Shown: positions 1 to 13,625 of the stretch, one piece after another
Layout: every line of letters starts with the position of its first letter
How positions within the stretch are numbered: the stretch's first letter is position 1
From: Gnetum montanum
Lineage: Eukaryota; Plantae; Gnetophyta
Length of the DNA: 64,000 bases
Direction of reading: 5' to 3'
Assembly: GCA_015680685.1 (NCBI GenBank)
Contig: MNCI01000556.1
Span: 1,641,634-1,705,633 of the forward strand
Made by a program: the position numbers and the translations under genes
The notes under the pieces: model-generated
The model's input: the letters and a program-made list of their open reading frames with translations, nothing else
The model's database searches: none
What the model was told of the DNA's origin: nothing

Positions 1-690
1 TTGCCAATGATAAATCTCTGAACTAGTTTCTACCATAACCACAACTCAACCAATGCACTTCATATTGAGGCAAGGTATCAATTGCATTATGGATTATCTA
101 TCCTTGCTCATTTATGACTATGTTGTGTGTGCAAATGGCGATCATACAAAAAATGGACTCGGCTTGGAGGAAGCACTTAGGATGGATTGAAACTGAAGCA
201 TTTATGAAAGGAGAAAGTTTGGTGGCATGGCTATGGATAAACAATGGAAGGTGAAATCTCAGCATTGGTGGCAACATGCTCCATTTTCTTTCTTTCTCTC
301 TTTTTCTCTTCAAGCTGCCAAATAAAGGCTTGGATGTTATTTACATATCAGTGTTGACCACAATGGTCATGAAGACTAATGTTGTCATATGCTTATTGAT
401 CCATTCACTGGGCACATTGATTTTATCATCCCATTCCACCATCAGTTTTCAATTAGTCAATAATCCCATACCTTCCCAATATTTTGTAAGGAACTCGAGG
501 ATGAGTTTTCATTCAGTCATGGGGGTATGATGAGAGTGGTTACTCTAGCAGTTACTCTAATTATTAGAGTGGTTACTCTAGCAGTTATTCTAATTATTAG
601 AGTGGTTACTCTAGCAGTTACTCTAGGAGTTATTCTAATTATTAAAGAGGTTACTCTAGCGGTTACTTTAACAGTTATTCTAATTATATG
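1..690 (+). mobile_element. 3' end of an Athila-type Ty3 element (D): 3' internal region, PPT and truncated 3' LTR starting at 528
   Basis: CTCGAGGATGAGTTTTCATTCAGTCATGGGGGTA|TGATGA (~494-533) matches the PPT/LTR junctions at 18126-18165 and, reverse-complemented, at 27078-27118 and 61964-62000. The LTR breaks off near 690. Confidence 0.7.
534..688 (+). repeat. Tandem array of GTTACTCTA/GTTATTCTA motifs (~33-bp higher-order unit) at the start of LTR D
   Basis: GAGTGGTTACTCTAGCAGTTACTCTAATTATTA repeated ~4 times, read directly. Confidence 0.9.
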
Positions 691-999
691 AGTTAGCAAA
701 GCAAGAGAACATTTAGAAATGATGCTAGTTGTTGAAGTTGCCTCAAACCTATGTTGTGCACTTGTGCTATGAAATTGGGGCATGTAGGAGGATGACACAC
801 TACTGAAACTCCCTTTTCATCACTTCTTGGGTGATGGCTTGAATGTTCCTATCTTCTTGTGAGAAACCTTTGATAAAATCACTACAAATGGTGGAGCCTT
901 AGTCATCTCTATGGGGTAGATATGAAGGAACATGATAAAAAATGAGGGTTTTATCTCTTCTAGAGGTGGAAAATTAAGGGCTTTGAAAAAGAAGAAGAA

Positions 1000-1150
1000 G
1001 ACATATTTTATACATTTGAAGTTCACAGTATACATCTTTGTTACATAGTATATGTCTTATCCATGGTGCACAAAAAATCAAAGAGACATCTTTTTTTACA
1101 TCAATATGCCTTTTGAGAGACATCTTTCATTTTTAAAAGTGTCTTTTGTC
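1000..1150 (-). promoter_or_regulatory. Putative internal promoter of the Sirevirus extra ORF (AGACGTCT-derived array + TATA)
   Basis: 5-6 AGATGTCT/AGACATAT-type motifs, then minus-strand TATAAAA at 1006-1012, then ATG at 906 (MTKAPPF...). The same motif occurs ~9 times in the LTR at 3845-4080. Confidence 0.5.
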
Positions 1151-1399
1151 AAGATTAGGATGGAGTTTGAAAAAGGTTTTTAATGGACTATAGTCTTAAT
1201 GAAAGCTTAAAAACAAAAGAAAACTTACCTCTACATATCTATTATATTGTCAAAAAGTAATGAAGTTTAGAGAGCTAGAAAATTAGTTTTCTCTTTTGAG
1301 GATTCTCCTCTCAACTAGACATCTCCAATATCCAAAGAATGACTTCCTCTTATGAATTTTTTGGTGAGGATGTTTTGGTTACTCTATCTCTACCATTTA

Positions 1400-3150
1400 A
1401 TTATCCATTATTTTCTAATTTTTTTGGTCTTTTGAGTTGACATTCAATTTCCCCTGTGATCTTGCACAAAATCCTCTATTAGTGCACCCCAATAAAAACA
1501 AGGAGGTCAATAATATGACCAATGATAATATTTAAGGTTACAATCCCATTTTTTATGTCCTAACTTGTGTCAATAATAGCACCTAATTCTTCTATGGTAG
1601 TATGAGTGATTAGGATAATCAAACCTTTCAAGACATTTTTGAGATATGGATGCATCCTTTGATTTTGATGTGCTAGCTTTTTCTTTTGGTGGATCATTTG
1701 ATTAGGATGTGTTTATAGGTGATGAATATTCTTGAGTGTAGCATCCTAGACCACTCTTATCATGTGGACTTATTTTTTGTTTGAAGACCATTCAAAGGGA
1801 TTCCTTTTCCTTTACTAATCTCTCATTTATTTATTTGATGTCTGCAACTTCTACTTTAGACTATTCTAAAGATGAAGTTAGCTTTTCATTCTCAACCCTT
1901 AGGTCTAAGAGTTGTTTAGAAATATCAGAAATAGTCAAATTTAGCAATGATATTTCTTAATCTTTATACTTGAGTTATTTAACTTAGTGTAAAGATTTTG
2001 AAATGGCAGAAGCTCATTGCATAAAAAATCAAACCTTTCATCATTGTTAAGATCATCATCTAATGAATAAACATCATCATCAGTGAGGGCCATGTATATG
2101 AGATGAGAATATTTTGTATCATCCTCCACTTCTTCCTCACTCTACTCCTCATCATCCCAACTTGTATAGAAGTTGGTCTTCTTTACATCTTCAATGGACT
2201 TGTTCTTGGGTTGCAACATGAAATTGCTAGGATATTCATAGGTGATATGACTTCTTCCTCCATAAACCAACAGTCTACAGAAGAGAAGTCTAAACTAGAA
2301 TTCAAAAAATTCTTATCTCTTTCTTTACATTTAAATGGATTGAATCTTTGATAATGTGTTTCTCTATTCTTTCTCATTATTAGTCATTATCACTTCCCAG
2401 TGAGAAAGGTAATCTTATCTTCACCACCATCATCATGCTCATTGATCTCCTTCTCCTTGGAGGTAGTCTTCAATGTAATTGATCTTTCTTGGATAGATCC
2501 TTCACTTATGAGACTCATTTCATAAGCAATGAGAGCACTTTGAAGTTCTTCAAATTTCAAGGTTGAGAAATCTCAAATTTCTTCCATTGCTGTGACCTTG
2601 GGTCTAAACTGTAGTTGAAGATTTTTAATCATTTTAATGATCACATTTCTTTAGGCAAGTCTTTACTAGTACCTCTAATGGCTACAACAATATCATTGGC
2701 TCTAGTGAAGTAATCTTTTGTCTTTTCACCTTGTCTCATTTTAACCTTATCATATTCACTTTACAAGACCAATAATTTTGATTTCTTAACAATAGATGTA
2801 CCTTCATATGTATCTTCTAAAATTTACCAAATTTATTTTTCCTTTTTACTTCTTGCTACTCTATTAAATTTTTATTTATTTAAAGCACAATATGAATAAT
2901 TTTTTTCTCTAGAATTGAACATGAACTTAACTTTCTCCTCTTGTATCCATTTTTTTCGAGGCTTGGTCATGCTAGTGGAGCTATTGATATGTGGAGATTA
3001 ATCTTCAAGGATTGACCCTGATACTTCAAACTCCATGGATTCAAAGAACCCTTGCATTCTAGCCTTCCAATAGGTGAAGTTAAATCCATTGAATATGGAT
3101 GGCTTTATGGAATATATCCTCTCACTTTTTCCACTATTGAAGTTGATCAT
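1400..3150 (-). pseudogene. gag: Degenerate Sirevirus gag
   Basis: Translates to KPSIFNGFNFTYWKARMQGFF (copia gag N-terminus), FRPKVTAMEE..LKFEELQSALIAYEM, decayed knuckle near 2245-2280, HDKSGLG near 1745-1764, and RCYY*HKLGHKKWDC near 1540-1590. Stops and frameshifts present. Confidence 0.8.
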
Positions 3151-3182
3151 GAAAAATAAGAGTATCAGACTCTAATACCACT

Positions 3183-4254
3183 TGTGGATCATTAAAATTA
3201 GAAAAGAGGCATGAATAAGTTTTCCAAATTTAAATTCTTACAACAAAGAACCACACACTGAATTTGATGTGGTTACCCAACTTGGGTAGTTCACACTCGG
3301 AGGGTATATTGCAAGCACACCTCTAGACTTTATTACTTTCTAATGTGGTTTGAAGGGTACCACATCCTATACAAGATCTAAGCTTCACTTTAGAGTGTTA
3401 TGATGTTTCACCAACCACTCAACCCCACAAGGTTCCAACAAGCTTAGAATGTTTTTTCTAGGCTTCCATAACATTTACAAGCTTGAGCTCTACTTCAAAG
3501 TGTTGTGGTGCTACACAACCATTCAATCCCATAGGATCCAAACAAGCTTAAGCAAGATTCCTTCCTACAAGAAGCACATCAACCCATAGGGTAACAAGAG
3601 AGAACAACAATTACAATGGATGAATGCAACTCAATTTGCTAATCCTTGTAGTTTGAAGTAGAACATACTTTACAATGGACAAATGATAATACAATGAGGA
3701 GTAACAATGATTACAATGATTGACAATTGATTACACAATGATAGTACAAAGGCTTGCACATTTTCCAATTAGAATGATTTCTTTTTATAGTCACCATGTT
3801 TCCAAATCCATCTTGGAACTCTTGCAATAGCTAGCTAATGATTATGAAAGATATCTTCTTTGTGGTTGAGACATATTTCTATTTTTGCATTCATTCTAGG
3901 AAGATGTTTTTGTCTACTAAAATAAATCTTTCTAAAACTAGGCTACATTTTGTAAAGATGTCTTTATCTGATGAAAGACATCTCTTCCTGAAGAAAGGCA
4001 TCTACTATTTTTTAGATATTTCATCTTCTATGTTGCTTTCAATTCTACCAAGATGTCTATTATTTCTTAGAGATATTTTCTTTACTTTCCATTGCATGAT
4101 AAATTCTTTGTTCCTTGTCCACAATATTGATCTTTCACAAACCTTCTTATCTCAATCCAAGTTCTTGTCCTTCAAGCACAACAATCAAACACATACACAA
4201 ACAACTTTATCTTCCATTTTTCTTAATGTTTTGACATACCAAAAGGTCTACACA
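3183..4254 (-). repeat. Sirevirus 5' LTR (~1.07 kb)
   Basis: Adjacent to the PBS; homologous by eye to 20327-21451 in opposite orientation. Confidence 0.8.
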
Positions 4255-4450
4255 ATGGAACTCTATGGTAGGTGAAATTCCATGATGTCTATGGTGTTCA
4301 TGGAGCTTCATGGAAAGGTAGGATTCTATAGTGTCTATGGTATCCATGGAGCTTCATGGAAGGCAGAATTCCACACTGTCTATAGTATTCATGAGGCTTT
4401 GTGGAAGGAAGGAGTCCATGTTGTCCACTAAGCTCATGGACACCATGAAT
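4255..4450. repeat. ~48-bp tandem repeat (about 4 decayed copies)
   Basis: Unit ~CTATGGTATTCATGGAGCTTCATGGAAGGCAGAATTCCACACTGT; the Sirevirus LTR abuts it mid-unit. Confidence 0.7.
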
Positions 4451-5860
4451 TGTTAGAAATTTAAATAGGTTATTTAATGAAATTGGTGATGAATGTGGGA
4501 GAAACATTAATGTTGTAGGTAATGGGGATGATATGGTGATGATGGTTGGTAGTGAGAAAGGAAGCGTTGGTGACAACAATGGTTACAATGTTGGGAAATG
4601 AGAATGGAAATGGTAATAGTGAGAAAGGTGGTGGATATTGTAAAGTAGGTGACAAGTAGCATGAGAATAAGAAATGTGAAGTGGTAGTCTTGTGATAGTA
4701 AGGGTTTACATAGTCCCTTATTCCTAGAGCTTGACATAGCCTATCCTATTACAACTAGGTTTGGAGGCCCTACCCTCATGCAAAGTGACCTAGACTATCA
4801 TGACAAGTGGGCTAAAGTGTTTGTGGGCTTCTCCACCATTAGTTTTCTTGTAGTGCTTGTGCTACTTGGAGCATATCACAACTTCTTCTCACATAGTTGC
4901 AACACTAACTACATGCTATCCATGGTAGTAGGACTACTTGGGTGCATAATCTATAACAACTAGTTTCATTCATATATCCTTCTCTTTCCAAAAGCCTTTC
5001 TCAACACTACCTCCACAGTGTCCAATATTAGTAATGTTGCATCCTTCATTACATTTGCCAACACCTTGTTTGCATCTACAAATGGTCCCATGGTGGGGCC
5101 ACTACTATGGCAAGCATGGAAGAAAATACCCACCTTAGTTAGTTGGCCTTATATGGATCTCTTTTACCCTGGCACAATGTTATCCACCATCCAAAAAAAC
5201 TCAAACAATGCCCTATTAGTGACCACTATTTTTTGGTTGGAATCCATAATTAATGCCATTGTGCTATTGCTAAAAACCACTATCCCCCCAAGATTGTCCA
5301 CATGATCATCGTCCAAGTAAGGTCTATGAAAATTTCTTATGAAAATCTTACTACACACAACCAATGTGCTACACCAAGATGCCACTAAGCTTTAGTGTTG
5401 GCTAATTGAGCCCAAGCAAAGCATTGGACCCATGCCTTGTGTACAATGCAATGTAATGAAAAGATGAGCCTAAGAGCATGGCAAGTGAAGGATGTAGTGG
5501 AGTGGCAACAAAAGTGAACTAGTGAAGCATGCATGATAGTAGGTGTGGTGGGTGGGAAGGGTTTGAATAGCATTTGAGGTAGCACATGTGGTAGATAGCA
5601 ATGGAAGATGCTACTATGTCCTTTTCAGGCTAGCATAGCCTCATGCAGGGCTACACGGCCATCATGAAATTTTTTTCTTAAATATATATTATATTTATAT
5701 AGTTTAAAATCATTTTTGGGTTGAGATTTCAACATGCAACTTTCTATTATTATTATTTTATTTATTAATATTATTTTTAATATATGTTTTTAAAAATTTT
5801 AAAATTTTAAATTTCTATAATATATACATATTTATATTACCATGGTTCCTGGTTAGGTAG

Positions 5861-6751
5861 TGATGAAGCATTCAGTTGCTACGTCAACTGGGCCACATCG
5901 ATGAAGCCTTGTTAACATGGCCGCATCAACATGACCCCCTCAATACATCTTTTCAAGCATTGGCATGGCATTGTTGTCGTAGAGTCCATTTCCTACTATA
6001 AATATGTGTGCACCTACAACATTTATGGCATCACTTGTTCAAATTGTATCGAAGCTCTTGTAGTTTTCATTCGTGAAAGTTAAAATATTTTCCAAGTGCT
6101 TGTAGTAGGAGTTTGAAGAGTGTACGTCTCTTTATTCGAGCCCTAATGTACCTGAGCCATTGGTGTGACTGGAAATAAAGAAAAGATTTTTGAACATTCC
6201 TTGTAGCATGTGGATTAAATGACTTAAGTGTTAAAATGTTCTAATTATTTAGTAATTTTAGAAGCTTCTATTATGATTATCACTTTATAGTTCTAGTCCT
6301 TGTTATAGTTTATGAGAACCATAAGCACGACCATCTTGAACATATATCTGACACTTGGCAACCCAATGACACCTAATGTCTGGCAACCCAGTAGTGGTTT
6401 GGAGATGCTCAGGATGTGCACAGATGATGCAATTAGTTATTTATGCTAGGGATAGTTAGGCGGTAAAGTAGAGCAATTGTAAAATTAGGTAGTATTTCAT
6501 TCCCTATACTAGAAGAATTAGATGTTAAAGATAAGAAGAAAACACATAAAAATCATATGCCTCAGTCTCACTTAACCATCATGCGAGAATGTCACAAGTG
6601 AGGTTGAGAGGATAATGACTATTCTAAACTAAGGTTTTGCTGGCTATAATTTTGTGTATGTAAGTGCCTGCGGTCTTTGGAACTTGACTGGGTTGCATGC
6701 CAATGCTCTTGATTCATATGGTTGGGCATAGGGGTACCTCATTGCTCATCA
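5861..6751 (+). repeat. 5' LTR of element A (891 bp)
   Basis: Colinear with 18160-19049; TATAAATA near 5997. Confidence 0.95.
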
Positions 6752-6908
6752 TTAGTACTATTTTGGGGAACTGTTAGTCTTCTGTGCATGGTCTAGCCTT
6801 AGCATGATCATTACTCACTTCATTGGAATGAACCCAGAATGTTGAAATCTACTCACACTAAGCGACTTAGGTAACAATACGACACACTTAGATATTTATA
6901 CTACTAAT

Positions 6909-9900
6909 ATGTCTTCTTCTTACAAGAAAGACAAATCCAACCCACAAGTGTCATAGGAATGTTGGGTAATATATACACATTCAGATGAGTATGTACCCAA
7001 CTTCATCTTCATCTTGCATCAAGATGAGCAAATGCGATGGCGGGACATAGAGGGCAATGTCATATTGTTCCTTGATCAATCGGTACCTAGAATGCTACTC
7101 CAAACTCTCACTAGATTGGGCATCTAGGACCAAGTGGAGGAGTATAGGATGGAGGATCAAGATTATCAGGACTATCATCCACATAAGGCACAGCGTAGGT
7201 AGAACCTACAGCAGGAGAAACACCATGAACAAGTAAAGGGAAAATGGTCTAGTAATCCTTTGTCCCTGTAGATCCACCATGATGATGAGGAACATATTCC
7301 TCATAGTTTACATTCTTCTACATCTACACCTCCATGTTAGAACATCTAATCCATCATATAGAATAGAGGTTGAAGTGATTGGGAGTTCCAAGATGTTGAG
7401 GGATCTCCCAGAGGAGTTCATGATGAATGTGAAGATGGATGTGCTAGTTGAGGCCATCATTTCCCTATTTCCACCTTGGCTTCATCAGGTTTTGAATCTA
7501 ACTGCAATCATTGTAGGAGGAACTGTGATGATGATGATCAAGGAAGCCAACAGGGATGACGTGACCAAGGGCATGAGTGGTCATGAAAGGATCACCATCG
7601 TGAAAAGAGAGGCAGCAGGGACTGTCATGGATGCCATGCCTATCAACTGTACCATGATCCTAATGAACCACTACTTGCCACTTGAAGCATGCTCAACATA
7701 ATAGAGGTAGTTCACATACCTACCAAGCATTTTCCAAATAGCTAGATCAAGTGCCTTAATATGAACAACATTCCTAGGTTTGAAAGGGGATATAACTATG
7801 ATCTGTAGACTCACCTACAAGACTTTCATGATACCTACACCCTACAGAATATTGAAAATAAATGGAAAAAACTCAAGCTATTCCCCCAAACACTCACCAA
7901 GGAAGTAGAAAGCTAGTATTAGTCTTTGGAACTGAAATTAATCAGGAGATGGAGTATGATGCTGGAGCTCTTTAATGATAAATATGAAACCTACTCCAGA
8001 GTGTCTAATTTGAGATGACAGATTCAGGGGTGGAAACAAGGTAGCCACAAGCCCTTGGATGTAGCCATGAGCAGATATTACTCCTTGTTGCATCGATGCC
8101 TTGGTCATGATTACTCTCAGTGGGAATAGCTCCACCATGTTATAGATGGGCTTTGCTTCAAAACAAGAAGGACCCTTGGCATTTATTCTCAAGGGTGGCT
8201 ATTTGAGTTAAGGGCTTATCAACTTCAATGATTAATTGAGTAGGTAGCCAAGGAAGAAGGAGAACTATGGAAACATGAAAGTGTGAAGGAATATAATTGG
8301 GATCCTTCCATCTAGAAGAGGGAGGTCTGATTCTATGAAGATGAGGAGGAGTCATCTTTGCATGCAATAGTGAATAGGAAGACTTTACCCATATAAAAGC
8401 TCACTTCTAAAATTTCAGCCAAGGTGGACAAGATGTGGGATTCTTTGGATGAAAAATTCCAAAGTGTTCTAAAAATTGTGAAAGAATCCAAAGAACAAAG
8501 TAATGATAGAGATCGATGAAGGAGGAAAAAGGCTAAATGTGACTACCACAAAGGTAAGGGCAAGGTTACTATGGTAGAACCTATTACAAACTTAGACACC
8601 AAGAAGAACAATGGATGTGACATATGCCAATATAAACATATTAAGGGATGTTGCCCCATAGTGTCACATTTGCAAGAGTCTGGGGTGTATGCTCTAAACC
8701 CTTGCTTAGCAAAAAGGAAAACACCCTAGAGATTGCCCTATCCCCAAGGCAATTCCAAGAATTTTCACTAGTAGCAAGGATATTATCCAAGTGGAGCATT
8801 GCCACAACCATATGAGCACTACTAGTAGTGGCAGCATCCACAGTAGTAGTACCCTTACCGATAGTCGAATCCTTATGGGTACTACATTTAGCAACCAATC
8901 TCCCTGTAGGTCTCTTCAAGTCACGCAACCTTTCAAAATCATTACTATCCTCTAGAATACTTTTAGGCCCCATATCCATCACCCAAGGGGGAAAAGCCAC
9001 ATCTACACTATCCTCCACTACCTCCTTTGACCATACCTATCCAATAGCCCTCAACTCAGCTACCTCCTACTCCACCCATTCAGGGAGATATACCTCCACA
9101 ACCACAACAGCCTAATGCCATGAGGGTTGCCAATTTACAACTGGCTTCTCAGCCAAGTGGATCAGAATCAAAGCCACAGAAATTTTTTTTCTTTCAAATC
9201 AATAACCTAAACACACCCTCACACTCATTTGCATCTAGTGCCCCTACATCTCCAATTGCCTCTAATACCCAATCCTTCAAACAACCTTTGAACCAACTAC
9301 CTTCCAACATGCAAACCATCATGCTAACACATGCTGTGATGGACTAGATCAAGGTAGGTCATATCACTAGGAAATTGGCTGATCTAGGAAATCCTTTCAT
9401 ATACCTTTAGGTGGTAGGAAACTAGCCATGCAAAGCTCTTCTAGATTTGGGATCAAGTATCAACCTGATTTCACATGATATGTACAAGACTTGGAACCTA
9501 CCTCTATTGAAGAAAAGAAACATTTAACTCAAGTTGGTAGACCAATCCTTCACTATTCCCTTGGGATTAGTAGAAGATATTGTGACCAAAATCTGTGGAT
9601 GGTCCTACCTACCTTGCTAATTTCCTGGTGATCTGTGTTGATAATTGCAAGGGGAACTTTCCAATTATAATGAGAATAGCATGGCTTAGCATGGTGGATG
9701 CACGTTTGGGACTTCAAGATCTCTCCTTTGAAATTTCCAAGGAAAATCCTTTTGGGAAGATCGAGAAGGAGCACATACCATGCATCATGTACAATGACTC
9801 TAGATGTAACTATGTGCAACAACTTTGGTCCATTAAGTGGACATCCATTCGAGCATGCAGTCAATGTGTTGCCGAGTCACAAATCCAATGATGCATGTAT

Positions 9901-12900
9901 GTGGTAGCCACAAATCCAATTATAATGTGCTGACCGCTAACTCTAATAATGGAACCCTATGCATGAAACCCTCTAAGAGCCTTGTATGTACCTATATAGG
10001 GAGCATAGATGAACTAGAATAGATTCATCAGCAACTTTTCCACTATCGATTGGGGAAAGTTATAGATCCCTGAAAGCTTTAAACAGGAGCCCCTAGAATT
10101 AAATCCCTTACCGGTCAACCTAGAATATGCATTCTTGCAATATTGTAAGCTGGTAATAATCGATGCCACTCTTGCTCTTGAGAAAAAGGAGAAGTTGCTA
10201 AGGATGGTGAACAAGTGGTTGATTACCTTCACATGGTCATATCCTAAGTTAACAGGGATTGATCCTAGTGTATGCCAACATTGAATCTATATTGATCCCT
10301 CCATGAAGCCACGATGATAGCCATAAAGATATTTGAATCCCAAACTAAAATAGATCATCAAGGATGAAATTGAATAATTTTTGAAGACAGGATTCATCTA
10401 CCCCATTGTGGATAGTGAGTGGATCATCCCACTCGTTATTATGCCAAGAAAGGATGGTAAATGGAGGGTTTGTATCGATTTTCGATTACTAAATATGGCA
10501 AACTTTAAGGATTATTTTCCACTCCCATTTGTAAACCAGGTGTTGGATACCATTTTGGGGCATTGTTACTACAACTTCATGGATGGTTACAACGGCTATA
10601 ACAAAATCTAGATTGCACCAGTGGACTAAGCCAAGATAATGTTTATGAGTCCCTTGGGGACATTTGCATACAAGAAAATGCCCTTTGTCCTATGTAACGT
10701 GTCTGCAACCTTCCAAAACCTTTTCCTTAGCATCTTCCAGAAAAAAATAGGCAATGGTGTAGAATTTTTTATGGATGAATTCTCCACCTATGGGGAAACA
10801 TTTGAGCAAGCCTTGGACTGCCTTGATAAGGTTTTGAAGCGATGTGTAGAAACTAACTTACGACTTAATTGGTAGAAGAGCCATCTCATGCTCCAAGAAG
10901 GCATTATTTTGGGGTACCAAATCTCATAAGAAGGGATTGGGGTGGATCCTAAGAAAATTAGGATCATCTAAGAAATTACCAGTCATTTGGGAACTATAAG
11001 GGATGTCTGGTCATTTCTTGGACACACTGTTACTATTGATGTTTCATCGAGAATTTTTCAAAGATTCCCAAGCCATTGGTGGAGCTAATTAAGAACGATG
11101 CCCCATTTTTCTAAACTATGGAATGTGAATCTACACTCCAAACGCTAAAGCAAAAACTTGTAGAGACTCCAATTCTTCTTATTTTTTATTGGTCCAGACC
11201 ATTTCACATCATGATGGATGCATCTAACTATGCATTCGGAGTCATGCTCACATAGTTGGATGATCAAAAGTAGCCATATTACATCCACTATGAAAGCCAA
11301 AGTATTGTGGGTGCTCAACTAAATTACACCATCATTGAAAAGGAGTTAATGGTGGTGGTGTTTACCTTAGAAAAGTTCTACCACTATGTGCTCGGATACA
11401 AGGTGTTTATGCATACAGACCATAGTGCCATCTAATTCTTTATGAATAAAACAATGGTGAGCCCCCATGTCATATGGTGGCTCGTGATCCTTCAAGAATT
11501 TGATCTTACTATGGTGGACAAAAAGGGAATTGAGAACATGGTTGCTGATCACTTCTCTCAGTTACAATGGGACAACATGGAAGAGGAGGGCCTACTCTCT
11601 GACTAGTTTCCAGATGAAATCCTCTTTGTTGGAGCAATCATGAAGGAGGTCCTCAAAAAATCAAATTGGTTTCAAGACATCCTTACCTATCTCCGTATAG
11701 AAGAGCTACCTAAGGAGTTGGACCAATGGAAGAAATAATGGTTTCTTCAAAGCCAAGCACTTCATGGAAATTAATTGACATGTCTACAAGGTGTGTGTTG
11801 ATGGCTTGGTTTGATGGTGCATCCTTGATGCAGATCAACTACACATCATCCAGGATGTCCATAAGGGCCCTTGTGGGGGCCATTATGCAGGACAACACAT
11901 GGCCATTATGATCTTTCGTGTAGGATGCTACTGGCCTACACTATTTAGAGATGCTCAATGGTTCATCCATTCTTATAATTGATGTCAAAGAGATGGTGGG
12001 ATGATAATGAGAATGGAGGAACCTCAACAGTGGGTTTAGCCACTCGAACCCTTTGACATTTGGAGCATTGACTTCATGGGTTCCATCATGCCCATGTTAA
12101 ATGGGAAGGCGTATATCATTGTTGTGGTGGACTACTACACCAAATGGGCAGAGGAAGTAGATGTCATTGATTGTTCCTCAACCACAAGTACATGATTTTT
12201 TCAACAACAAATAGTGAACAGGTTTTGGATGTCTCGTGCAGTCATTTTAGATAATGGCACTCACTTCAAAGGTGCTAATTTTTGTAAACTCATGTAGCAT
12301 TTGGGAGTAGAACATAAACTAATAACACCCTATCACCATGAATCCAATGGGTAAGTTGAAGTCACAAATTGGGAAATTATAGAAATCCTAACTAGGATGA
12401 TTAGAAAATATAGGAGGGATTGGAGCACAAAACTTAACAATGCCCTCTAGGCCTACCACTCAACCTGGAAACTTCCTATCAGCTACTCCCCTTACGAGTT
12501 GGTGTATGAAAAACTACCAACACTCCTGATTTAGGCAGAACTCTAAACACTATCCACTACAAGTGACTTAGGTCTAGACTTATCCCTAGCACAATGAGAA
12601 TGATTCATCAACTTAAATGTGCTAGATGAGAATCAATTAGTAGCCCTATAATCAAATGAGGTACATAAGGCATATAACAAACAATGTCATGACCTTAGGA
12701 TTTGGAAGGTAACATTTCAATGTGGAGATAAGGTTCTCTATTGGAACCCCACACATGTGCGACAACAAACTAAGTTTCAAACACTCTGGAAGTGACCTTA
12801 TATTGTTTTTGAGACCTTTCCATCTAGGGCCCTACTCATACACAAACATGACGACCTAAAAAAAACACAATTGGTCAACATGCAATAATTAAAACCCTTC

Positions 12901-12966
12901 CATGAACTACACCAACCCAGTGTCACTACCATTTCGTTAAATGGTCAGCCACATTCCATCTTTTGA
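6909..12966 (+). pseudogene. gag-pol: Degenerate gag-pol of element A
   Basis: Gag KLKLFPQTL (~7870) and knuckle CDICQYKHIKGCC (~8616). Protease ALLDLGSSINL (~9435). RT GFIYPIVDSEW...WRVCIDFR...DGYNGY and FMDEF (10381-10875). RNase H MDASNYA...EKEL...TDH (11200-11550). Integrase HKGPCGGH...YWPTL, WSIDFMG, DNGTHF, PYHHESNG (11860-12400). Many stops. Confidence 0.95.
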
Positions 12967-12982
12967 ATCTCCTCCTCCAAGC

Positions 12983-12998
12983 TTAGTCATGGGGAAGA
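12983..12998 (+). other. Internal (second) polypurine-tract-like motif just after pol
   Basis: TTAGTCATGGGGAAGA duplicates the 3' PPT context TTAGTCATGGGGGTA (18145-18159). Confidence 0.55.
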
Positions 12999-13625
12999 CT
13001 GCTACCCATACTAAAACAATTGTTCTGGCCTCTCAGGTCTTTTCTTAATCTTTTGTTTTACACATTTTTCTCTTACATCATTGTTCATACATTTGACATT
13101 TCTTACCTACTCTTTCTCTCTTGTCGTTCTATTTTGTTTTATGTTAGTTATTTGACTCTATTTATTTTTGCTAATAAAGTGTCTTATTACCACAGGATGT
13201 GATGGTGAGATGGTTGCTCCCAACGGGGACATGTTTATGATGGGTTGCCAACTATATCTATGTTCTCACCTTAGCATTTTGGTCTCAGAAAGCTAAGTTA
13301 AACTTTCACTTCATTTAATAAGTAGTGAGTCCATGTCATCCACCCATCCACACACTCTATGGTTTTCCTTGTTGTGGAAACATGTAATCCATCTTTCATT
13401 CAACATAACTTTAATTAATTTTTGGCTTGCATAGGTTCCAAATTTGAGAAGGATCCAATGGGTTGAATAAGGTTTGATTTCAAGGGAAAGAAACATTCTT
13501 TGTACTTCTCTATTCTCTTGTATGTGAACGTGTTCTCATGGACTTCTTACCATTCCATATCCACTCATACCGAAAGCTAAATAGCAAGCTATCTTGGCAT
13601 GGTGTGATCCTCATCATTCAAACCA

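Larger units (their letters stand above)
690..4254 (-). mobile_element. Sirevirus/SIRE-type Ty1/copia, gag-only derivative (5' LTR, PBS, gag, no pol, start of extra ORF)
   Basis: 5' LTR 3183-4254 (TG...CA on minus). Decayed tRNA-Met PBS TGGTATTAGAGT at 3169-3180. Gag with SIRE-type DKSGLG motif and two zinc knuckles. No PR/IN/RT/RH motifs between gag and the extra ORF. Confidence 0.8.

Noticed and set aside
517-798. 93-aa repetitive ORF (RVTARVTTLII)n
   Set aside because: Antisense read-through of the LTR motif array; no independent sign of a gene.
3838-4275. 145-aa ORF
   Set aside because: Lies antisense within the Sirevirus LTR motif region; no recognisable domain.
8616-8655. C-X2-C-X3-H-X4-C knuckle spacing as a novelty
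   Set aside because: This spacing is common in Athila-type gag proteins and is shared by element B.
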